Below, in pieces: positions 31,002 to 40,709 of a DNA stretch of 64,000 bases. Within the stretch, counting starts at the first letter, position 1. Every line of letters begins with the position of its first letter. The position numbers were made by a program, and so were the translations under genes. The notes below the pieces were generated by a model. That model was given only the letters and a program-made list of their open reading frames with translations. It made no database searches and had not been told where the DNA came from. Origin of the DNA: an uncultured Candidatus Sumerlaeota bacterium (lineage in GTDB: Bacteria > CAYMEV01); contig CAYMEV010000003.1 in the NCBI GenBank assembly GCA_964389675.1, forward strand, positions 65,109-129,108, read 5' to 3'.

Positions 31002-32009
31002 CTATTTCTTTTCTAATTGCAGTGAAAGGGTTTCATAAGCTTTTAAAAGCCTTTTAATTATCTTGATTGCTTTTGCTTTTATTTCCTTGTTTTCCAATTT
31101 TCTTATTTTATCAGGATGGAATTTATGGACAAGCTTATTATAGTTCTTATCAAGCTGTTTCTTTGTATAGGGATCCTTTATTCCCATCAGCTTAAAATCG
31201 TCTATTTTGCTCAGGTTTTTATAGAAAAATTCTATATTGGATATAATGCTGTCATCTTCTTTGGCGAATTTATAAAGCCTTTCAATTATACCGCAGGATA
31301 TAAACCCGAAAAGGGTCTTGTAGGTAAAGTAATCTGGAAGGTTTGAATGTGCACAGATCTGATCATTGGTATTCCTGCCGTTTATCAGCTCCAGGATCTG
31401 GAGTTCTTCCGAGTTAAGCTTAAGTTCCTGAAAACGGAAGATGGGGTTATGCGATATGCAGTAAACAGCATTCAGATCTCCGACTGCTTTCCTTATAGCA
31501 TCCCACTGTCCCATTCTTTTGACCCCGTTGAATATAAGGCTTCCGGTAGAAAGCTCTATCTTTATATTTTCACTTTGAATTTCCTTCTCGAAGAAGCTGT
31601 AATCTCCGTCAGAGAATGAAAACAGGCTGTAGATGATCTCTTCCAGGTGGCTCTGGACAGCTTTGACCAGTTCCTTTTCAGAGATCGCCCCCATATTCAG
31701 CAATGTTGTCCCGATACGGTCTTCATTCTGAACCTTCACTGATTTTTCCAGTTCTTTAAGCGTTATAAGAGAGCGCTTCAGGCAGTAAACGCCAATCCTG
31801 TCGTTAATATCGCTTGATATGGCAAATACTATGTGCCCATCCTGGAAAAGTACCTTTTTTATGGTGTTCTGCCTTATAATCTGCAGTATGCCTGTTTTCT
31901 GAGTCTGGTAAATAGACCTGAAAACAGCAGATATAGGGATATCGCTTAAAGAACCCTCTATTTTGTGCTCCATGGAAGTGATTTTCCATAAATTAAGAGT
32001 GATTGTCAA
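31002..32009 (-). CDS. DUF4388 (PATAN-like) domain protein with a C-terminal DnaJ J-domain
   Basis: N-terminal DUF4388 pattern (GSLSDIPISAVFRSIYQTQKTGILQI....VLFQDGHIVFA). C-terminal J-domain with the HPD motif (YNKLVHKFHPDK). Confidence 0.6.
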   Translation of the reverse strand: MTITLNLWKITSMEHKIEGSLSDIPISAVFRSIYQTQKTGILQIIRQNTIKKVLFQDGHIVFAISSDINDRIGVYCLKRSLITLKELEKSVKVQNEDRIGTTLLNMGAISEKELVKAVQSHLEEIIYSLFSFSDGDYSFFEKEIQSENIKIELSTGSLIFNGVKRMGQWDAIRKAVGDLNAVYCISHNPIFRFQELKLNSEELQILELINGRNTNDQICAHSNLPDYFTYKTLFGFISCGIIERLYKFAKEDDSIISNIEFFYKNLSKIDDFKLMGIKDPYTKKQLDKNYNKLVHKFHPDKIRKLENKEIKAKAIKIIKRLLKAYETLSLQLEKK

Positions 32010-32110
32010 TTAAAAAAGGCTATGCATGCTTTATCATTTTCTTATAAAATTATTCCATATTGCCTCTATCTGGAAAATTTTTGGATTTAATTCAAAGAAT
32101 TAAATGTTTC

Positions 32111-32139
32111 TTGCAAATATAATTTTCTTGTTTTATAAT
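32111..32139 (+). promoter_or_regulatory. Candidate sigma70 promoter (TTGCAA, 17-nt spacer, TATAAT) for the FHA/fliA/T3SS operon
   Basis: TTGCAA at 32111-32116 and a perfect TATAAT at 32134-32139, 59 nt upstream of the 32198 start. Confidence 0.45.
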
Positions 32140-32197
32140 TTTAGCTGTGAAGTTTATAAGATAGCCTCAATTATGATCTTAAAATGGAGTATATGAT

Positions 32198-33124
32198 ATG
32201 GCTGAAATTGTATACAGGGAAAACCAGGAAGAAAGGCTTATAACCCTTGATAAGGATTCATTTGTGATTGGCAGAAGCCCAAGCTGTGAAATTGCAATAA
32301 GCAGTGACACAATATCAAGAAGGCATGCAAAACTGGAAAAAAGGTCAAACCGGTATTATATTACTGACCTTGGAAGCAGGAATGGTGTTTTTGTCAATGA
32401 TGAAAAGATAGTTGAATCAGTACTGAAGGATGGAGATTTTATCAAGCTTGGTGTTTTTGAGTTTACCTTTCATGATAAAGAGCCTGTTATTGTAGACAGC
32501 AATAAGACAATACAGCAGGAGCAGAAGACCATTATGCTGGAAAACCCGCTTGAGAAATTCATATTAAAGGACCTTCCGGCATCTGAGGATACATATATTG
32601 AAAAAAAAGAAAAAGATAAAGTAATTGAAGATGATATAATTGCTGAAGACCGGCAGGAAAGTACGCCTGATGATGATGAAAGCGAAATTGAATCAGATGG
32701 ATACTTCCCCAACCTTCTGATCTTTCATGATGAAAAGGCATTCAGGGCTACCATAAAAAAGAACCGTAATACGATCGGAGGTTCTGCGATTTCTGATATA
32801 CCCATAAATCACGAAGGTTTTCCTGAATCAGCCTGTATTATCAGGAATGAAAAGGGCATTTTCTATTTAGTGGATGAATTTCAGACAGGGGAGATCATGT
32901 ATAATAATGTCCCTGTAATACATAAAAGACTGTTTGATAAGATGATATTTATGATTCAGGATGTGACTTTCCAGTTTATTTCCAATAAGAAGGGTGCTGA
33001 AGCAGTTTTTGAAAAAGTTTATGCTGTCTTCAGGATTTTTATTGAAAAACCTCTGATAGGCATGGCATTTGTTGCTGGAATTCTTATTCTGATCTCTCTT
33101 CTTCTTGTTATATTTTTATTATAA
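32198..33124 (+). CDS. FHA-domain protein (one clear and one probable FHA) with a C-terminal TM anchor; SctD-like cytoplasmic module
   Basis: FHA motif VIGRSP.CEIAI..DTISRRHAKL....YYITDLGSRNGVFVN. A second FHA-like block (NTIGGS...ACIIRNEKGIFYLVD). A C-terminal hydrophobic helix MAFVAGILILISLLLVIFLL. Confidence 0.65.
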   Translation: MAEIVYRENQEERLITLDKDSFVIGRSPSCEIAISSDTISRRHAKLEKRSNRYYITDLGSRNGVFVNDEKIVESVLKDGDFIKLGVFEFTFHDKEPVIVDSNKTIQQEQKTIMLENPLEKFILKDLPASEDTYIEKKEKDKVIEDDIIAEDRQESTPDDDESEIESDGYFPNLLIFHDEKAFRATIKKNRNTIGGSAISDIPINHEGFPESACIIRNEKGIFYLVDEFQTGEIMYNNVPVIHKRLFDKMIFMIQDVTFQFISNKKGAEAVFEKVYAVFRIFIEKPLIGMAFVAGILILISLLLVIFLL

Positions 33125-33140
33125 AAATTAAGGATATTTT

Positions 33141-33845
33141 ATGAGCCTGAGAAGCGAACCTTCTAATGAGCTGTCTGAAGAACTGATACAAAATTACCAG
33201 GATTATCTAAGAAAGATCGCATATTTTGTGAAGATTACGCTTCCTGATAATATTGAGATCGACGACCTGGTCCAGTATGGGGAGATCGGCCTGATAGAAG
33301 CAGCAAGAAAATTTGATCCGAAACTGGGTGTTTCGTTCAAGACATACAGCTATTACAGGATCAGGGGTGCTATATATGACGGGCTCAGGACCATGGGGCT
33401 TTTTAAGGCAAAACAGTATAAGAATCATGTAATGCGCCAGAAAATCAATGACCTGATGATGCAGGAAACAAATAATGTAAATATAAACAGCGATACCTGC
33501 AGAAATGATGACAGCGTTGAAAGACTGCGGGATATATTTTCCAGTGTTGCAACACTTATCACTCTTTCTTATGCATCTTATATGGACCATGAGGTACAGA
33601 ACGGCAATGATGATATAAATAAGGAGCTTATAACCGAGGAAACAAAATCCTTAATTATGAAGGCAATTGAACAGCTTTCCCATAAGGAAAGAAATGTTGT
33701 TAAGCTTTACTATTTTGATGAACTGACATTTGAAGACATCGGCAAAGAAATGGGGCTTTCAAAGAGCTGGATTTCACGTGTACATCTGCAGGCGATAAAT
33801 AAGCTTAAGCAGAAGCTTAAGCAAAGTAATATAACAACATATTGA
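33141..33845 (+). CDS. fliA: Sigma-28 (FliA/WhiG) family RNA polymerase sigma factor
   Basis: Sigma-70 region 2 (DLVQYGEIGLIEAARKFDPKLGVSFKTYSYYRIRGAI) and region 4 (LTFEDIGKEMGLSKSWISRVHLQAINKLK). 234 aa, typical of FliA. Confidence 0.8.
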   Translation: MSLRSEPSNELSEELIQNYQDYLRKIAYFVKITLPDNIEIDDLVQYGEIGLIEAARKFDPKLGVSFKTYSYYRIRGAIYDGLRTMGLFKAKQYKNHVMRQKINDLMMQETNNVNINSDTCRNDDSVERLRDIFSSVATLITLSYASYMDHEVQNGNDDINKELITEETKSLIMKAIEQLSHKERNVVKLYYFDELTFEDIGKEMGLSKSWISRVHLQAINKLKQKLKQSNITTY

Positions 33846-33897
33846 CAGATAGAATCGATAATCTATATGTAATGTTATATAAGGAGGTGTCGCAACT

Positions 33898-34359
33898 ATG
33901 GATCCTGTATCGTCAAAGACTGTAAAAAAAAGCATTAGCAATATTGCTGAGAAGAATATTCAGAATGAGATGAATAAAAATCTTCCGACAAATCCAGATA
34001 AACCTTCCAGCTTTGAGCAGCTTCGGCTTGATAAGGTAAATGAAATACCAAAGGATGCTGAACTTAAGGTTAACGAGGTTGGAAAGCAAAAAGATATGGA
34101 TATATCAAGCACGCAGAAAGTCCAGGACAATAATCCCATAGACGGCTTGAAAAACCTGACCGATAACCTTGAGAAAAGCAATGTAGAGCTTGATAATCTC
34201 ATCAAGAGTGTTATGCAGGATGGCAGGTCATTTTCACCGTCTGAACTGATGGCAATGCAAGCTCAGATATATCAGCTTACCAGGGAGATAGAACTTACCA
34301 GCAAGGTTGTTGAACAGGCCAACCAGGGCATAAAGACCATGCTGAATCAGCAAGTATAA
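33898..34359 (+). CDS. FliE-like or T3SS inner-rod-like protein
   Basis: The C-terminus (SELMAMQAQIYQLTREIELTSKVVEQANQGIKTMLNQQV) resembles the FliE C-terminus (...MQ...KLV.AYQEVMSMQV). Sits in the fliE position before the MS-ring gene. Confidence 0.35.
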   Translation: MDPVSSKTVKKSISNIAEKNIQNEMNKNLPTNPDKPSSFEQLRLDKVNEIPKDAELKVNEVGKQKDMDISSTQKVQDNNPIDGLKNLTDNLEKSNVELDNLIKSVMQDGRSFSPSELMAMQAQIYQLTREIELTSKVVEQANQGIKTMLNQQV

Positions 34360-34370
34360 GGAGAAACTGC

Positions 34371-35171
34371 TTGAAAAAAATAAAAATCTTTTTAACCATG
34401 TCTATTTTACTTATGATGTTCGTATCCTGCGGGAATACAGTTCTGTACCACGGGCTCTCGGAAAGGGGAGCAAATGAGATACTGGTCATACTTGAACAGA
34501 ATGGGATAGCGGGGGAAAAAGTACTGGATGAAACTCAAAAAAAGATCATGCTCTTTAATATTGTCGTGGCAAAAAGCGATAAGAACCAGGCTCTGGAAAT
34601 CCTGAAAGAGAAAGGCCTTCCAAGGATAAACCCGGTTGGCATGAATGAGATGTTCAGCGGGTCCAGCCTTATTCCCACCATTACAGAAGAAAAAGCCAAA
34701 TATCAGATAGCAATGCAGGGTGAGATCGAAAAAACCCTTCTGCAGATGCAGAATGTTATTTCAGCAAGGGTCCATCTTGTTATTCCGGATGCAGATAATG
34801 TCGAACAGCAGAATGAACCTGCGATAGCCAAGGCCTCTGTATTTTTGAAATACTACCAGGGCCTGCAGCAGACACCAATGTTTACGGAAAAGGATGTGCA
34901 GAATATTGTTGCAGGGGCAGTGCTTGAGCTGACTCCAGGCAATGTTACTGTAGTGCTTCAAAGGATACAGCCTGTCGAGGTATCCCAATCATCGCCAAAA
35001 TATACCAGTTTCATGTTCTATAATATCGCGCCTGAATCAAAAAAGAGCATGCAGATAACACTTGTTATTATCTTATCAGTGGTTTTTATACTTTTATTTG
35101 CTATAGTTATAATGTTCCTGAAGATCAAGGATTTGAAAACATCCCTAAGCATTATAAAAACAAAAAAATAA
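34371..35171 (+). CDS. SctJ/YscJ-like lipoprotein (truncated FliF-family MS-ring protein)
   Basis: Lipoprotein signal MSILLMMFVSC. CGNTVLYHGLSERGANEILVILEQNGIAGEKV resembles YscJ/EscJ C.EQLYTGLT.KEANQM.ALLQSNGI.AEK. ISARVHLVIPDADNVEQQNEPAIAKASVFL resembles both the FliF and SctJ ring-building motif. One C-terminal TM. 266 aa, versus about 550 for FliF. Confidence 0.7.
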   Translation: MKKIKIFLTMSILLMMFVSCGNTVLYHGLSERGANEILVILEQNGIAGEKVLDETQKKIMLFNIVVAKSDKNQALEILKEKGLPRINPVGMNEMFSGSSLIPTITEEKAKYQIAMQGEIEKTLLQMQNVISARVHLVIPDADNVEQQNEPAIAKASVFLKYYQGLQQTPMFTEKDVQNIVAGAVLELTPGNVTVVLQRIQPVEVSQSSPKYTSFMFYNIAPESKKSMQITLVIILSVVFILLFAIVIMFLKIKDLKTSLSIIKTKK

Positions 35172-35175
35172 TAAT

Positions 35176-36123
35176 ATGCAGGAAATTAAGACATTTGTAA
35201 GTCTTCTGGCCTTCCAGGATATAGACAGGAAGGATGACCTGCTTGAGTATCTCTGCAATGACTGTAAAGAGATCTGCGCGCAATACCTGCAGGAATTTGA
35301 AGGGAAAACTCAGGAAGAAATACATAAATTATCCCTGATTGAGCTTAAAGAGGATATCGCAAAAAATTTTCTGAAAATATACAGTTCTTTCCATTTCAGC
35401 TGGCTTGAAGATTTTTTCAGGAATGAAAGCCGGGAAACAATATCAACAGTCCTCAAATTCGTCCCTCTTGAGATGTCCGGCGCTATTCTCGGGTTATTTT
35501 CCGAGGAGGAAAGAAATGAGATCCTGCAGACAATACCAAGCTCATTTGTTAGCAGGGAGATAATGGAGATTCTTAAATTCAGCATTATTGAAAGGTACGG
35601 AGCGATTCCAGCTGATGCGGACCAGATTATCCGGAGTGACCAGATACTCAAGTTTCTTATGCAGAATGATGTTGATCTTACCAGCTTTCTTTCCTTTATA
35701 TATTCTTATGAAATATATGCTCTTTTAAGCAAGACAGTTTCTGCTGATAACAGAGCACAGATATGCTCTGAGATGAGTACGGAAAAAGATATAAATGCAC
35801 AGGTTGAATGGTTTAACAGGGCACATGCTTCAATTGATTTTGATTATACTGTATTTTCCAGAGCATGTGATTTCAGGATCTCTGTCAATAAGGGATACCT
35901 TATAATCCCCTTTATCAGGATTTTTACCTGCCTGCAGTCAAAGAACCTTATAAAAAGTGCTGCAAGGGCTATTTCATACAGGATGGAGATGTCAGCGGGG
36001 AATGATTTTCTGCTTTTTTGCGAGGACAATGAAAAAACAGCAAATCCAGTCAATGCAGAGATGAATTCAAAGAGACTGTCAGAAATAATACATAGCTATA
36101 AGTTATTTAAAAGCGAGGCTTAA
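35176..36123 (+). CDS. FliG/MgtE-N-like domain protein in the fliG position
   Basis: SRETISTVLKFVPLEMSGAILGLFSEEERNEILQTIPSSFVSREIMEIL resembles the FliG middle-domain pattern HPQTIALILSYL.PDQAAEIL..LPEELQAEVV.RIA. The C-terminal torque-helix motifs are not evident. Confidence 0.35.
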   Translation: MQEIKTFVSLLAFQDIDRKDDLLEYLCNDCKEICAQYLQEFEGKTQEEIHKLSLIELKEDIAKNFLKIYSSFHFSWLEDFFRNESRETISTVLKFVPLEMSGAILGLFSEEERNEILQTIPSSFVSREIMEILKFSIIERYGAIPADADQIIRSDQILKFLMQNDVDLTSFLSFIYSYEIYALLSKTVSADNRAQICSEMSTEKDINAQVEWFNRAHASIDFDYTVFSRACDFRISVNKGYLIIPFIRIFTCLQSKNLIKSAARAISYRMEMSAGNDFLLFCEDNEKTANPVNAEMNSKRLSEIIHSYKLFKSEA

Positions 36124-36125
36124 AA

Positions 36126-36770
36126 ATGTCATTTTCAGACGATACCAAAAAGGTGGTTATTCAGAAAAGTTCGGACGATATCATCGGCCCGCCTCCTGAG
36201 AGGAAGATCCTTACCAAACAGGAAATTGATGCATCAAAAATGGCTCAGACGATTATCGAAGAGGCAAAGAAGAAGGCTGAGGAGATAATAGGGGAAAAGG
36301 AAAAAATAGTAGAGGAAGCCAAAAATGAGGCTTACAATGAGGGTTATAAAAGCGGGCTTGAAAGTATCAATAAGATTCTTCTGGAGCTTAAGGACCTGAG
36401 GAACAATACAATTGTGGCCATGGAGTCTGAGATAGTAAAACTGGCTTTCAGGATAGCGAGGAAGATACTCGGATATGAAATGCAAAGGGACGATACAACG
36501 GTGTTGTCCATCGTTAAAGAGGTATTAAAGGCTTCAAGGCACCAGAAGTCTATTAAGCTGTCTGTAAACCCTGATGATTATAAAATAATAAAGCAGAACA
36601 GGGAGAGCCTTGTTGCTGTTCTTACAAAATGCGAAAGTTTCCTGATAGAGCCGAATGAACATATTTCAAAGGGAGGCTGTGAGATTGAGACGGAGATAGG
36701 AAATGTATCAGCAAACCTCGATACGCAGCTTGAGGTTCTGGAATCACTGCTCTTGAACAAGGAGGTATGA
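36126..36770 (+). CDS. FliH/SctL family T3SS ATPase stator-regulator
   Basis: Charged coiled-coil N-terminus ([35 protein letters not shown]) followed by a FliH-type C-terminal domain. Immediately precedes the ATPase gene. Confidence 0.6.
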   Translation: MSFSDDTKKVVIQKSSDDIIGPPPERKILTKQEIDASKMAQTIIEEAKKKAEEIIGEKEKIVEEAKNEAYNEGYKSGLESINKILLELKDLRNNTIVAMESEIVKLAFRIARKILGYEMQRDDTTVLSIVKEVLKASRHQKSIKLSVNPDDYKIIKQNRESLVAVLTKCESFLIEPNEHISKGGCEIETEIGNVSANLDTQLEVLESLLLNKEV

Positions 36771-38101
36771 AATTGGCTTCATCCCCCATTAAACTGGATA
36801 AGTACCTTAAACTGCTTGATACAGCAAGCACTGTAAAGGTAAGAGGGCGGGTAATTGAGCTTACCGGGCTTATTATAAAGGCTTCAGTACCCGGTGTCAG
36901 GATCGGCGAAACATGTTATATCGAGTCATATAACCGCGTATCGCCTCTTAAAGCAGAGGTAGTCGGATTCAAGGGAGATAATGTAATGCTTATGCCGCTT
37001 GGTGACCTGACAGGCATAGGGCCTGACAGCCAGGTGATACCCACAGGCAAATCCTTCAGCATAAGAATAGGGGACCAGCTTCTCGGCCATGTGCTCGATG
37101 GACTGGGACAGCCTCTGGATATAAGCGAGGAAGAGTTTCAAGGCTTTGATCTCGATACATATTCCGTTAATTCCGATCCCCCGGATCCCCTTAAGCGCAG
37201 AAGGATACTTGATTACCTGTCAATAGGGATCAGGGCAATTGACGGCCTGCTTACTGTCGGAGAAGGGCAGAGGATGGGCCTTTTTGCAGCAGCTGGTGTA
37301 GGCAAGTCAACCACAATGGGAATGATAGCCCGCAATACTGAAGCTGAAGTGAACGTTATTTCATTGATAGGGGAAAGAGGAAGAGAAGTAAGGGATTTTA
37401 TGGAAGAAAGCCTTGGAGAGGAAGGTTTGAAGAAATCAATTGTCGTTGTGGCCACATCTGATAAACCATCTCTTGTAAGGCTTAAATCAGCATTTGTTGC
37501 CACGGCCATAGCGGAATATTTCCGTGATAAAGGCAGAAAAGTGATGCTTATGATGGACAGTGTCACAAGGTTTGCAAGAGCACAGAGGGAAGTTGGGCTG
37601 GCCCTGGGTGAACCGCCTGCAAGGCAGGGATACCCCCCGTCTGTCTTCTATATGCTTCCCAAACTCCTTGAGAGGACAGGGAATTCAGACAGGGGATCAA
37701 TTACGGCTTTCTATACTGTCCTGGTCGCGGGGGATGATATGACAGAACCTATTGCAGATGAGGTAAGGTCCATACTTGACGGGCATGTTATCCTTTCACG
37801 CGAAATGGCATCAAGGAATCATTATCCTGCTATAGATGTGCTAAGAAGCGTCAGCAGGGTAATGACTGCGGTAGTGGACAAGGAGCATATAGAGTTTGCG
37901 GGCAGAATGCGTGACCTTCTGGCTACATACGAGAAACAGAAAGACCTTATACTAATCGGAGCATATAAGAAAGGCTCTGATGAAAAGGTAGACAAGGCAG
38001 TTGAAATGATTGACAGGATCAACGAGTTCCTGAAACAGGGGCTTTATGAGAAGTGCTATATTGATGAAACGATTGAGAAACTGAAAGAGATGTTTGCATG
38101 A
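36767..38101 (+). CDS. Type III secretion ATPase (FliI/SctN)
   Basis: Walker A AAGVGKST, a Walker B region and full-length F1-like architecture. 444 aa. Overlaps the fliH-like stop by 4 nt. Confidence 0.9.
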   Translation: MKLASSPIKLDKYLKLLDTASTVKVRGRVIELTGLIIKASVPGVRIGETCYIESYNRVSPLKAEVVGFKGDNVMLMPLGDLTGIGPDSQVIPTGKSFSIRIGDQLLGHVLDGLGQPLDISEEEFQGFDLDTYSVNSDPPDPLKRRRILDYLSIGIRAIDGLLTVGEGQRMGLFAAAGVGKSTTMGMIARNTEAEVNVISLIGERGREVRDFMEESLGEEGLKKSIVVVATSDKPSLVRLKSAFVATAIAEYFRDKGRKVMLMMDSVTRFARAQREVGLALGEPPARQGYPPSVFYMLPKLLERTGNSDRGSITAFYTVLVAGDDMTEPIADEVRSILDGHVILSREMASRNHYPAIDVLRSVSRVMTAVVDKEHIEFAGRMRDLLATYEKQKDLILIGAYKKGSDEKVDKAVEMIDRINEFLKQGLYEKCYIDETIEKLKEMFA

Positions 38102-38601
38102 GCGGCAGGATAGTATACAGGCTTGAACCGGTCCTTAACCAGAAGGAAGAAGAGAAGAACGAAGCTACCCGGAATCTTGCCTTTGCACAGAAGAAGCTTG
38201 AAGATATCAGGGAAGAGATCAGGGGGCTTGAGAACCTTGTAATAAAAAGGGTTGAAGAGAAAAAGCAGGCGGAGCTTGCTCACTTTGAAAAACTCAGTAC
38301 AGAGGGGATGGCTGCAAAGTCTATTCAAGGACACCAGGCTGAAATGAAAGCCATTGATATATCAGTTGAGGAGATAAAGGAAAAGATAAGCTTAAAAAAA
38401 ATAGAGGAAAAGAATGCCGAACAGGATCTCAATACTGCTAAGGACAGGCTGGTTGAAGCAACCAAGGAATACAAGACCATGGCGAAACACAAAGAAAATT
38501 TCATCAGGGAACAAAGGGCCATTCTCAGCAAAAAAGAACAGAAGGAAATGGACGAAATTTCCAGTTTGATATATAATTTCAAGGGGAAAGGAGATGAATG
38601 A
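38098..38601 (+). CDS. FliJ/SctO-like coiled-coil chaperone-escort protein
   Basis: 167 aa, predicted all-helical and charged. In the position that follows the ATPase in T3SS operons. Confidence 0.45.
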   Translation: MSGRIVYRLEPVLNQKEEEKNEATRNLAFAQKKLEDIREEIRGLENLVIKRVEEKKQAELAHFEKLSTEGMAAKSIQGHQAEMKAIDISVEEIKEKISLKKIEEKNAEQDLNTAKDRLVEATKEYKTMAKHKENFIREQRAILSKKEQKEMDEISSLIYNFKGKGDE

Positions 38602-39259
38602 TATGGAAAAGGTATCGACCACAACACAGAAAACAAAAGCAGCACCCAGCGATACCAAGCAGACAAAAGACGCAAAACAGCCATCAGAAAAGTCTTTTGC
38701 AAAGGTATTTCACCGAAAGGGTGAAGATCTGTCAATGCATGACTCAAAGAAGGATATAAATAAGCAGTTAAGGAAGGATATAATACTGGGTGAAGACACA
38801 GAGAAGAAAGAGAAAGGAAAGGAAGGAAGTGAAGAAAAGCTTGATGGATTCATGATCCCGAGACTCATTTCAGAAAAATCAGGTGCTGAAGGCATAAAGG
38901 AATCCATTAAGGTCGGGGAAGCGAAAGTAAAGCTTGACGAGAATCTTATAAACAGGATTGTTGAATCTGCCAGGATCGTGAGAAAAGGTGATACAGCTTC
39001 AATGGAGATCAATATCAAATCGGATGTTTTTGAAAACCTTAAGCTTATTGTCACAGCTGAGGGTAATGCAGTTAAAACAGAGTTCATTACGGACAACCCA
39101 ATGCTTAAGGGGCTTATTAAGGATTCAATGGTCGATCTTGAGCAGAGCCTCGTTGCAAGAGGCCTTGAGGTTCTTGATATTGTTGTCAGGGATGAGCCTC
39201 CTAAGTCTGAAAGCCAGAAACAATACGATGAGTACAGGAGAATAAATGAGCAGAAGTAG
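38594..39259 (+). CDS. FliK/SctP-like length-control / substrate-specificity-switch protein
   Basis: Lys/Glu-rich low-complexity N-terminus. The C-terminal about 100 aa (ENLINRIVESARIVRKGDTASMEINIKSDVFENLKLIVTAEGNAVKTEFITDNPMLKGLI) are T3S4-like. In the fliK position. Confidence 0.4.
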   Translation: MNDMEKVSTTTQKTKAAPSDTKQTKDAKQPSEKSFAKVFHRKGEDLSMHDSKKDINKQLRKDIILGEDTEKKEKGKEGSEEKLDGFMIPRLISEKSGAEGIKESIKVGEAKVKLDENLINRIVESARIVRKGDTASMEINIKSDVFENLKLIVTAEGNAVKTEFITDNPMLKGLIKDSMVDLEQSLVARGLEVLDIVVRDEPPKSESQKQYDEYRRINEQK

Positions 39260-40709
39260 CCTACCAGTCAATATCAGGTCTGTATCTGAGCTGGAGCATA
39301 AAATGAAAATTATTGCAAATCAGCTTGAATCAGACCTTATCTATGAATTCAGCCAGGAGATTGAGAACCTGTTTAAGGATAAGCACATACTTATCAGGTT
39401 CCAGGATAAAGTTGAATTGTCCATGTTTGACAAAGAAACTGATCGTGTTGAAGAAATCTTTTCATACTCAATGGATAAAGGGGAGATAACTCTTGGAAAA
39501 GCCCCAAGCAATGATATCGTCATTATTGAAAGGTATATAAGCAGAGAGCATGCCTTTTTCAAGCTGACTGACAAAGGGGTCTTCCTTACTGACAACGGAT
39601 CAACAAATGGTACTTATATTAATGGAGTAAAAATGAATCCGAATGACCCCCAGCAGCTGAATAATGAAGATATACTGCATTTTGGGGCGCAGAAGATCAA
39701 GTTCTGCATAAAGAAAGAGGCTTCAGATGATATAAGGCTTAAATCCTCCTGTTCCGTAAGCATTGAAAGGAACAGCCCCATTATAAAACCGATCTATAAG
39801 TCTCCGATAATGATCTGCAGATTTATCAAGAGCAATAAAAAAGTAATATTTGAGACAGACCGCTATTTTTTCTATGATATAATAAATTCGCTTCTTGGTT
39901 TTGGCGAAACTGAGGGATTTGTCTATGAAAAACCTGTAACAGAGATCGAAGAGGGCGTTTTCCTGTATCTGTTTGCACTGGTTCTTGATAAAATCAACAG
40001 GATTCTGATACCTGAAGAGGATATTCTGGTATTTGAAAAAAAGGGCACCGGGGATGACCTTATTATCAGCGGAGAATATCTCCAGCTGGGGTTGTGTATT
40101 AATGCAAACAGGAATAAATACGGCATCAGGATATATATTGAAGGTGATTCTTTAGGCATAAAATCAAGCGTCAATAACGGATTCAGGCCTGAAATACTCG
40201 GCATACTTTCTGCTGAACCTGTAAGCCTTGACCTGCATGCAGGCAAGGCAAGCCTTTCATACGATGAACTCAAATCCATTAATAATCAGTCCATACTTAT
40301 AATAGATAAATGGTATCTTAATTCGAGAACTCCCCAGGCGGACGATGTGATTGTCGTAAGCCAGCCTGATACGGGCATATGCTTCAGGGGGCGGGTATCA
40401 GATAATAAGAGTAAATTTCAGGTTATTATCGATCAAATATTCAAAAAGGAGAATCTATCTATGGATGAATTTGATACGGAGAAAGATAAGGTTATCGGCA
40501 ATCTTGATACAGAAATATATGTGGTGCTTGCATCAAAGAAGATTGCACTTTCTGAGCTTTCAAAGATAAAAAAGGGAGATATTCTGGATTTTGAGGGTAA
40601 AATTGATAATAAGGTGAGCCTTGTTGTCAATAAAAGCGTTTTCGCAAAGGGAGAGCTCATTGAATATGAAGGAAAGATAGGCGTTGAGATTACCGATGTC
40701 CTTTATTAA
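39246..40709 (+). CDS. FHA domain fused to a FliM-like middle domain and a FliN/SpoA C-terminal domain (SctQ-like C-ring protein)
   Basis: FHA: ITLGKAPSNDIVIIERYISREHAFFKLTDKGVFLTDNGSTNGTYING. FliM-like block IINSLLGFGE....TEIEEGVFLYLFALVLDKI, resembling IDRLLGG.G....LTEIE. SpoA/FliN C-terminus VVLASKKIALSELSKIKKGDILDFEG...SLVVNKSVFAKGELIEYEGKIGVEITDV. Confidence 0.7.
   Translation: MSRSSLPVNIRSVSELEHKMKIIANQLESDLIYEFSQEIENLFKDKHILIRFQDKVELSMFDKETDRVEEIFSYSMDKGEITLGKAPSNDIVIIERYISREHAFFKLTDKGVFLTDNGSTNGTYINGVKMNPNDPQQLNNEDILHFGAQKIKFCIKKEASDDIRLKSSCSVSIERNSPIIKPIYKSPIMICRFIKSNKKVIFETDRYFFYDIINSLLGFGETEGFVYEKPVTEIEEGVFLYLFALVLDKINRILIPEEDILVFEKKGTGDDLIISGEYLQLGLCINANRNKYGIRIYIEGDSLGIKSSVNNGFRPEILGILSAEPVSLDLHAGKASLSYDELKSINNQSILIIDKWYLNSRTPQADDVIVVSQPDTGICFRGRVSDNKSKFQVIIDQIFKKENLSMDEFDTEKDKVIGNLDTEIYVVLASKKIALSELSKIKKGDILDFEGKIDNKVSLVVNKSVFAKGELIEYEGKIGVEITDVLY

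Noticed and set aside
33823-33870. A sigma-28-type promoter upstream of the fliE-like gene (CGATAA core at 33856-33861)
   Set aside because: An AAAGT -35-like element lies about 32 nt upstream instead of the roughly 19-nt register expected for TAAA-N15-GCCGATAA. A TTGACA (33842-33847) with a weak TATATG -10 is also present. The evidence is ambiguous, so no promoter was called.
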